Source of the DNA: a virus
Strand: one strand, 5' to 3'
Virus record (IMG/VR): IMGVR_UViG_3300028840_006907
Coordinates: 224,001-288,000 of that record
Length of the DNA: 64,000 nt
The translations under genes were made by a program, and so were the position numbers. Below are positions 18,064 through 25,200 of this stretch, piece by piece; position 1 is the first letter of the stretch; each line of letters opens with the position of its first letter. The notes under the pieces were generated by a model. It did not search any database, was not told the DNA's origin, and was given only the letters and a program-made list of their open reading frames with translations.

Positions 18064-18081
18064 ACTTAAACCAAGAAATAA

Positions 18082-18199
18082 AAGTCAGACATTCTAATTA
18101 TTAGGGCGTACATGGCGTTAAAACCATGCTTCCTGCAGAAATCAGGAAGCAATCTCTGGGCCAAGGCTCAGGGGCGCACTGATGACTTATGTCTGACTT
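18082..18199 (+). ncRNA. structured RNA unit 2: shared closing module enclosing three hairpins
   Basis: 11-bp terminal helix AAGTCAGACAT / ATGTCTGACTT. Module 5' TCTAATTATTAGGGCGTACA and 3' GCGCACTGATGACTT. Interior hairpins: CATGG-cgttaaaa-CCATG, CTTCCTG-cagaaat-CAGGAAG, and CTGGG-ccaagg-CTCAG. Confidence 0.55.
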
Positions 18200-18248
18200 A
18201 ATATAGATTGTAAAGTGTTGTAAAATAAATTTGATCTTTGAAAATTAT

Positions 18249-18430
18249 AGGATAATGCCTTCTAACCTGTTGGGCTTACAAATTTTACTGGTTCGACTCC
18301 AGGTTCCGCCTCTCGGTCCTTTTGTAAAGATTGTAAAGGATCAGGAGGCGGAACAAGCCGGGTGGTCTGGCGATTGAATGCAAATCAATTTATTTGAAAT
18401 TAACGCTCTTTTAACTTGGGCATTTATCCT
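18249..18430 (+). ncRNA. structured RNA unit 3: closing module + circularly permuted tRNA-like core (Y-RNA/YrlA-like)
   Basis: Terminal helix AGGATAATGCC / GGGCATTTATCCT (one bulge), followed by TTTTTT. Order inside: T-arm CTGG-TTCGACT-CCAG (18288-302); a 20-bp closed acceptor-like hairpin (18303-354); AA; D-arm GCC-GGGTGGTCT-GGC; and hairpin ATTGA-ATGCAAA-TCAAT. Confidence 0.6.
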
Positions 18431-18477
18431 TTTTTATAGTAATTTATAATTTTATATAAAGTGATCTTTGAAAATAT

Positions 18478-18660
18478 GAGGTAAGTGCCTCCTAACATAA
18501 CGGGCTTACAAATTAATAGGGTTCAACTCCCTGTTCCCCCGCCTAAGTCTTTGTCATATAATGATTAAGATTTGGGCGGGGGAACGAGCTGGGTGGTTCA
18601 GCAATCAACGTTTAATTGATGAAAAACATTTTTACGCTCTTTTAACTTAGGCACTTACTC
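18478..18660 (+). ncRNA. structured RNA unit 4: closing module + circularly permuted tRNA-like core
   Basis: Terminal helix GAGGTAAGTGCC / GGCACTTACTC, followed by TTTTT. T-arm AGGG-TTCAACT-CCCT. Closed acceptor-like hairpin GTTCCCCCGCC...GGCGGGGGAAC. D-arm GCTG-GGTGGTT-CAGC. Hairpin ATCAA-CGTTTAA-TTGAT. Confidence 0.6.
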
Positions 18661-18681
18661 TTTTTATTAAATTGAAATTAC

Positions 18682-18858
18682 AAGGAGCACCTTCTAACCT
18701 GTTGGGCTTACAAGTTATTCGGGGTTCAAATCCCTGTCCCGGCACTAGGTTGATTCCCTAAAAGTCAACCCAGTGCCGGGATAGCCAAATTGGTAAAGGC
18801 GACTATATTGAACATAGTAAACAAAACTATCTACGCTCTTTTAACTTGGGTGCTCTTT
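18682..18858 (+). ncRNA. structured RNA unit 5: closing module + near-perfect circularly permuted tRNA
   Basis: Terminal helix AAGGAGCACC / GGTGCTCTTT. T-arm CGGGG-TTCAAAT-CCCTG (18720-36). Acceptor 3' strand TCCCGGC + A73, a linker hairpin, then acceptor 5' strand GCCGGGA (18775-81). U8 A9, D-arm GCCA-AATTGGTAA-AGGC, and anticodon arm ACTAT-ATTGAAC-ATAGT (UGA at 18809-11). Confidence 0.6.
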
Positions 18859-18899
18859 ATATATTTCTCGCAAAAGGAATACAGGGTGAAACAGGAGTA

Positions 18900-18940
18900 T
18901 AGGGATTAAGAAGAAATTTTTGATCCCTATTTTATTTTTT
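18900..18940 (+). terminator. intrinsic terminator closing the RNA operon
   Basis: Stem TAGGGAT (18900-06) / ATCCCTA (18923-29), then TTTTATTTTTT. The loop is rather large (16 nt). Confidence 0.5.
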
Positions 18941-18955
18941 CCCGGATTTTCCCTA

Positions 18956-18972
18956 CCTTCATGTCGTATAAT
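18956..18972 (+). promoter_or_regulatory. conserved promoter motif, family 1
   Basis: CCTTCATGTCGTATAAT, 44 nt upstream of the 19016 start. 16 of 17 positions match the copy at 61807-61823. Confidence 0.6.
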
Positions 18973-19015
18973 TATTAGATAAAGATTTTCTAAACATTTT
19001 ATTAGGTAATTAATT

Positions 19016-21643
19016 ATGACATGTAAAATTTGTAAGAGTAATCTTTCTTATACTTTTGATAAATTTCCAGCTTATAAGTTCTGTCCTTGTTGTAACCTTT
19101 ATTTTCAAGAAGAATTTCCACCAAAGATATTTGAAGGTCCTGATGAGAATAACGGGCATGGTCCCGGTACAGGTCATTTAATGTCTGAGGATGAAAAGGA
19201 AATAAATAAAAATTTCGCTAATGTTCTCTATGATATGTTTATTCCTCGAACTCTTCTAGATATAGGTTGTAAATACCCCTATTTTATTAGTGTGTTAAAA
19301 GATAAAATAGATGTATTAGGAATTGATCCTATTTCAGAGATCTTGAAATATGGAGAAGAATTGGGTGTCTCTGTAATTCGTGATGATTTTGAAGATATGA
19401 ATATTACTCCTTTAAAAAATAAATTCGATTTAATAACTTTGATACATACTTTCGAACATTTTTATAGCCCAATAGAGACCATGAAAAAGATAATCGAATG
19501 TCTTACTCATAGAGGAGTGCTTTTAATAAGAATTCCAAACATAGATATTGAAGGTATAGAAAGAGATTTTACTGATCATCATGTTCAAATCCATCCCTTT
19601 ATATATTCAACACAAGCAATGTATCGAATCGCTCAAAAATTTGATTGTGAAATTTTTAGGGTCGATGATATTATTGGATATGGCCAGAGCGATTTTTATT
19701 TAAGGAAGAAAAGGGACCATCTTTCTTTATCGGTTTGTATGATTGTAAAAGATGAGGAAAAGAATGTTTCTGATTGTTTGGAGAGTATAAAAGATGTAGC
19801 TGATGAAATCATAGTTGTGGATACCGGATCTATAGATAATACCAAAGAAATAGTATCCAAATATACAACAAAGATATATGACTTTAAATGGATTGATGAC
19901 TTTTCTGCTGCTAGAAATCACTCTTTAAGTAAGGCAACGGGTGACTTTATTTTATGGCTTGATGCTGATGATATTGTAGAAAATCCAGAAAAGATTAATG
20001 AAATATTAAAAAATGATGATGCTAAGATATTTAATTTTAATATTAAATATGGAAATGATGTCTTTAGTCAGGCTAGACTATTTAGGAATTTTTATAATAT
20101 AAAATTTTCTGGTAGAGTTCATGAATATCCTGTAATCGATAATTTATATATAAAAGATACTGAAGTTAATGTAATTCATAAAACCGAAAAACATTCAACA
20201 GAAAACCGTTCTGATAGAAATCTCCGTCTCCTTAAAAAAGAATACGAAGATAATCCGAACAATTCCCGGACACTTTTTTACCTGGCAAGTGCTTATAAAG
20301 AACTTACTCGTTGGGATGAAGCTATAGATTTTTATCGAAAATATTTAACTATTTCTATCTGGAAAGATGAGAGATGGATGGCTCAAAAGAATATTGGATG
20401 TATTCTTTCCTGGAATAGAAAATATGAAGAAGCCATTGAAGAATTGAAGAAGGCTATTGAAATAGATGATCGATGGGCTGAGTCATATTATTATATAGCT
20501 GAGTGTTATTTCTATTTAAAAAACCCTCAAGAATGTATAAACTGGTCTTTAAAAGCTATTGAGAAAAAGATGCCCGAATCACCTCTTTGGAAAGAGATCC
20601 CAATTTATAATGACGCACCATACCGTTATCTCTTTGCTTCTTATGGTTCTTTAGGTGATTTTGAGAAAGCATTGCATTATTGTAAGATAGCATCAGAAAA
20701 AGTTCCTGAGGATGAATGGCTTAAGGAAAGAGTCACTTATTTTGAGAATGCTACAAAAGGAGTTCCTGTTGTAGTCGAATGTAATCGGTGGGGGGCTTTG
20801 GGTGATTGTTTAATGACAACTGCATCTTTACGTGCCATTAAGCATAAGATTCCGGGTTGTTTTATAAGATATGTCACCCATCCTAGTATGTTCCCGATCC
20901 TTGAAGGGAATAAGTTTATAGATGAACTTGTATCAGAATCTAAATCTGAGAACTCAGAAAAGGTTTATTTCTCATATCCTGACAGTAAATCTCCTATTAA
21001 AGATGAAGGTTATCCTAATAAGCCTTTGAATCGCCATTTAGTACGTATATTCGCAGAATGTGCTGGTTTAAAAGAATTTGATAATCTAAAGATGGAGTGT
21101 ACTCTTACAAAAGATGAGGAGAAATCAGGTCAGTCATTGAGATCTCGATTTAAGAAATATGTGACTCTTCATATCCATTCGGGTTGGTCTGAGTATAAGG
21201 ATTGGTATAATGATCGTTGGGAGACTGTTGTAGATGAGTTATTTAAAAGAGGTTACGTGGTTGTTCAGCTAGGCCATAAAGATGAGGGTCTCTTAGTTGG
21301 TACTGTGGATTATAGAGGCCATACTATAAAAGAAGCTATCTCTGCAATAAAATATGCTGATATTCATTTAGGAGTGGATTCATTTACAAACCATGCCTCG
21401 GCTACTGTGGGGACTCCTGCAGTTATTTTATTTGGGTCTACTTCTCCAACCGGTTCCGGGTATGATCAGAATATAAACCTTTATAAAGATTTGAAATGTC
21501 AGCCTTGTTATAAAGAATATGCATGGTCTAAGGATAATAAAGGAAAATGTCCTTATAATAAACTATGTATGGATCAGATCCTGGTTCAGGAAGTATTAGA
21601 CGGTTTTATGAGATTAGAAAAAAAATTATTTATTGATGGATAA
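19016..21643 (+). CDS. multidomain glycan-modifying enzyme (Zn-ribbon, SAM-methyltransferase-like, GT2, TPR, GT9/heptosyltransferase-like)
   Basis: 875 aa. CKICKS...CPCCN. Methyltransferase motif I-like LLDIGCKYPYF. GT2 motifs LSVCMIVKDEEKNV...IIVVDTGSIDNT and WLDADD. TPR-like LFYLASAYKELTRWDEAIDFYRKYL. GT9-like NRWGALGDCLMTTASLRAIKHKIPG and GVDSFTNHAS. Confidence 0.75.
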   Translation: MTCKICKSNLSYTFDKFPAYKFCPCCNLYFQEEFPPKIFEGPDENNGHGPGTGHLMSEDEKEINKNFANVLYDMFIPRTLLDIGCKYPYFISVLKDKIDVLGIDPISEILKYGEELGVSVIRDDFEDMNITPLKNKFDLITLIHTFEHFYSPIETMKKIIECLTHRGVLLIRIPNIDIEGIERDFTDHHVQIHPFIYSTQAMYRIAQKFDCEIFRVDDIIGYGQSDFYLRKKRDHLSLSVCMIVKDEEKNVSDCLESIKDVADEIIVVDTGSIDNTKEIVSKYTTKIYDFKWIDDFSAARNHSLSKATGDFILWLDADDIVENPEKINEILKNDDAKIFNFNIKYGNDVFSQARLFRNFYNIKFSGRVHEYPVIDNLYIKDTEVNVIHKTEKHSTENRSDRNLRLLKKEYEDNPNNSRTLFYLASAYKELTRWDEAIDFYRKYLTISIWKDERWMAQKNIGCILSWNRKYEEAIEELKKAIEIDDRWAESYYYIAECYFYLKNPQECINWSLKAIEKKMPESPLWKEIPIYNDAPYRYLFASYGSLGDFEKALHYCKIASEKVPEDEWLKERVTYFENATKGVPVVVECNRWGALGDCLMTTASLRAIKHKIPGCFIRYVTHPSMFPILEGNKFIDELVSESKSENSEKVYFSYPDSKSPIKDEGYPNKPLNRHLVRIFAECAGLKEFDNLKMECTLTKDEEKSGQSLRSRFKKYVTLHIHSGWSEYKDWYNDRWETVVDELFKRGYVVVQLGHKDEGLLVGTVDYRGHTIKEAISAIKYADIHLGVDSFTNHASATVGTPAVILFGSTSPTGSGYDQNINLYKDLKCQPCYKEYAWSKDNKGKCPYNKLCMDQILVQEVLDGFMRLEKKLFIDG

Positions 21644-21940
21644 ACGCCATGTAGCAATTATTCCTTTTGGGTTCTCTATAGATACGTTTGTAGTAAATTG
21701 AGAAAGGAGTTCAAAAGGAGTGGTACAAATTACTTCTTTAAGTTCATGCTTATCTATAAGGACTGGTCCATAAGCTACGAAAAAGCAATTAATTATCAAT
21801 TCTATTAGATCAGTTGAGTTAAATTCCTCGATCCATTCTCTCATAAAATCACACCAGGCTTGAGGTGTTGGGGTATCGTCATGTTTTTCAAAGAGTTTTG
21901 CTAATTCCGTATAATCTTGATTTGTGTAAGTGATGCTCAT
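21626..21940 (-). CDS. hypothetical protein
   Basis: 104-aa ORF with AAAGGA RBS, behind the family 2 promoter motif. Its 3' end overlaps the convergent 19016 gene by 18 nt. Confidence 0.55.
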   Translation of the reverse strand: MSITYTNQDYTELAKLFEKHDDTPTPQAWCDFMREWIEEFNSTDLIELIINCFFVAYGPVLIDKHELKEVICTTPFELLSQFTTNVSIENPKGIIATWRLSINK

Positions 21941-21973
21941 CTGGTATTCCTTTCTTTACGTCTTCAATTCTAA

Positions 21974-21994
21974 CCTCTATAAATATTATACCAG
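21974..21994 (-). promoter_or_regulatory. conserved extended -10 promoter motif, family 2
   Basis: The minus strand reads CTGGTATAATATTTATAGAGG, 34 nt upstream of the 21940 start. Confidence 0.6.
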
Positions 21995-22250
21995 GAATTG
22001 GGTGAAAAACTGCCAAAATAATTTCGGCCTTTTTGTAACCTCATAGATATCAATAGATTACCACAGATAAAAATTTATCCTATTATTTATATCTTATTAT
22101 CCATTTTAATAATGTTTTAATACTATCTAGCTCCAATAAAATCTTCTATTCTAATAAATGTTCTTAGTGGGACATATCCGAGGATCAGAATTTACTTTAA
22201 GTGCTACCTTAGGTAAGATGATCTAACCGGCAAAAAGCTAAGGAGTTACG

Positions 22251-25200
22251 ATGGCCAAGACAAAAAGGAAATGGATTGAGCTGGATTGGTACAATCCCAA
22301 TGCCTTACGTGCACAAGACATACCTTACGATCAAACCGAAAGTGTAAAAGATGCTATAGATAGAGCTGCCTCTGGAGTTCTCGGTCCGACGGGGACCACG
22401 GGTTCGACCGGTTCAACAGGTTCGACGGGTCCAACGGGTCCGACGGGAGCCACGGGTGCGACGGGAGCAGGAATCCAGGGTGAAACCGGAGTCGCTGGAG
22501 TTCAAGGAGCTACCGGAACCGGTGGTGGTGGAGATACTGGTGTCCAGGGTGAGACCGGTTTACCCGGAGCCACAGGAATCCAAGGTACAACCGGTATCCA
22601 GGGAACTACAGGAATCCAAGGTGAAACTGGAATCCAGGGACATACAGGTACAGTTGGAACAACGGGTGTTCAAGGAGAAACCGGTTCTCAGGGTACTACT
22701 GGAATCCAGGGAGAAACTGGAGTAAAAGGTGAAACTGGTATTCAAGGTCAAACCGGTATAGCTGGTGGAGCAGGATTTCCAGGAGCAACTGGAGTCCAGG
22801 GCGAAACCGGAGTCCAAGGAACTACTGGGGTTCAAGGGGAAACCGGGGTTCAAGGAACCACAGGAGTAGCCGGAGCAACCGGAGTCCAGGGAACTACTGG
22901 CGTCCAGGGAACTACTGGCATCCAAGGTGAAACGGGTGTCCAGGGAGATACTGGAGTTGGTGCCACTGGAATCCAAGGAACCACAGGTATCCAGGGTCAA
23001 ACCGGTGTTCAAGGTATCACCGGAGCTTATGGTGGTCCTCCTGGAGAAACTGGTGTCAAGGGAGAAACCGGAGTACAGGGGGCTACTGGAATCCAAGGTC
23101 TTCAAGGATTGCAGGGAACCAAAGGTGAGACCGGAACACAAGGTATTCAAGGCCAGACCGGAGTTCAGGGAGAAACTGGAGTTCAAGGGCAGACTGGTAC
23201 AGGTGCTCCAGGAGCCACTGGAGTTCAAGGGCAGACTGGTATCCAGGGAACCACTGGAATAGGTTTAGGTTCAACAGGAGTAGCGGGAGCAACTGGAATT
23301 CAAGGTACTACCGGAGTTCAAGGTAGGACTGGAGTCCAAGGATTTACCGGAGCTGCTGGTTTAGGTGAAACTGGTATCCAAGGAGCTACCGGAGTCCAGG
23401 GTGCCACAGGTATTCAAGGGACTACTGGTGCAGGAATCCAAGGAGCCACAGGTATTAGTGGTGACACGGGAGTTCAAGGAGCCACAGGAATTAGAGGTAC
23501 TACTGGTGCAGGAATCCAAGGAGCCACGGGGGTTCAGGGCATTCAAGGTCAAACTGGAGCCCAGGGCGAAACCGGAGTCCAGGGTGAAACCGGAATAGAA
23601 GGTTCTCAATTTGCAGGATTTAATTATAAAGCAAAAACAGACAATCAATCTGATACAGATCCTGGTATAGGAAATTTAAAGTGGAGTGCTGTAGCTCAAG
23701 TCACATCTAGTGAGCTTTATGTGGATGATGCTGACGTTAATTCTACGGATCTCAGTAATTTTTACCTCACTTTAAAAGCTGCCGACTCTTTACGTATTGT
23801 TCGTATGGAAGATCCTTCTCAGTATCAGATTTTTAATATAACAAACGTTACTGATAGAACCGGATGGTTCCGTTTATCTGTTACACCTGTTGTTTCAGGT
23901 GGTTCGACTTTTAGTTTAAATGATAATATCATACTGATATTTAGTATATCAGGTCCTAGAGGTCAGACCGGAGTAAAAGGTGAGACTGGAATTCAAGGAA
24001 CTACAGGTGTTGCCGGAGCCACAGGAGTCCAAGGTCAAACTGGAATTCAGGGTCAAACTGGAATCCAGGGCATACAGGGCCAGACTGGAATTCAAGGACA
24101 AACTGGTATTCAAGGTCAAACAGGAATCCAAGGTCAGACAGGTGTTGGCGCTCAGGGTGCTACTGGTGTAGCTGGTCAAACCGGGGTCCAGGGAGAAACT
24201 GGGATACAAGGTCAGACTGGTGCAGGAATCCAGGGAACTACTGGTGTTCAAGGCGTTCAAGGATTAACAGGTGTGCAAGGCCAGACAGGTGCCGGAATCC
24301 AAGGTGAAACCGGAGTCCAGGGTACTCAAGGTTTAACCGGTATACAGGGTCAGACAGGTGCTGGAATCCAAGGAGAGACTGGTGTTCAGGGAAACACTGG
24401 GGCTTTTGGTGGTCCTCCCGGAGAAACTGGTGTTCAGGGAGAAACTGGTGCACAAGGTTTAACTGGAGTCCAAGGTCAAACCGGAGCAGGTATTCAGGGA
24501 GCCACTGGTATTCAAGGAGTTACTGGAGTTCAAGGCCAAACCGGTGCTGGTATTCAAGGAGTCACTGGAATCCAAGGACAAACTGGTATACAGGGTCAGA
24601 CAGGAGTAGCAGGTCAGACCGGAGTCCAAGGAATACAAGGCCAGACAGGAGTAGCAGGTCAGACCGGAGTTCAAGGAATTCAAGGACAAACCGGAATAGC
24701 AGGTCAGACCGGAGTTCAGGGTATACAAGGTCAAACTGGAATTCAAGGGCAGACTGGTGCTGGAATCCAAGGTACAACTGGAGTAGCCGGAGCTACAGGA
24801 GTTCAGGGAATTCAAGGTCAAACAGGAGCTGGAATCCAAGGTACAACTGGAGTCCAGGGAACTACAGGAGTTCAAGGTGAAACTGGTACTGGTATTCAGG
24901 GAGAAACTGGTACGCAAGGTATTCAGGGTCAAACCGGAATTCAGGGACAGACTGGGATTCAAGGTAATACTGGTGTAAAAGGTGAAACCGGAGTTCAGGG
25001 TTTTCCAGGTCCTCAGGGTACGAAAGGTGATACTGGTGCTCAAGGTATTCAAGGTGAGACAGGAACTCAAGGAATTCAGGGCCAAACTGGAGTAGCTGGA
25101 GAAACTGGAGTTCAGGGTCAAACGGGTACTCAAGGAATTCAGGGTCAGACTGGTGTAGCTGGTGCAACTGGTGCGGGAATTCAAGGTCAAACTGGTGTTC

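Noticed and set aside
18179-18185. CTGATGA in RNA unit 2, the hammerhead ribozyme core box.
   Set aside because: No stem II hairpin followed by GAAA is present, and no stem III/UH cleavage context in the required order. It is best explained as the variable spacer of the shared 3' module.
17814-19015. The possibility that the 1.2-kb non-coding region is a single large ornate RNA (GOLLD/ROOL-like), or a prophage att site next to a tRNA.
   Set aside because: The region resolves into five self-contained units, each with its own closing helix. Phage genes flank both sides, so it is not a genome end. I cannot exclude similarity to large-RNA families without a covariance-model search.
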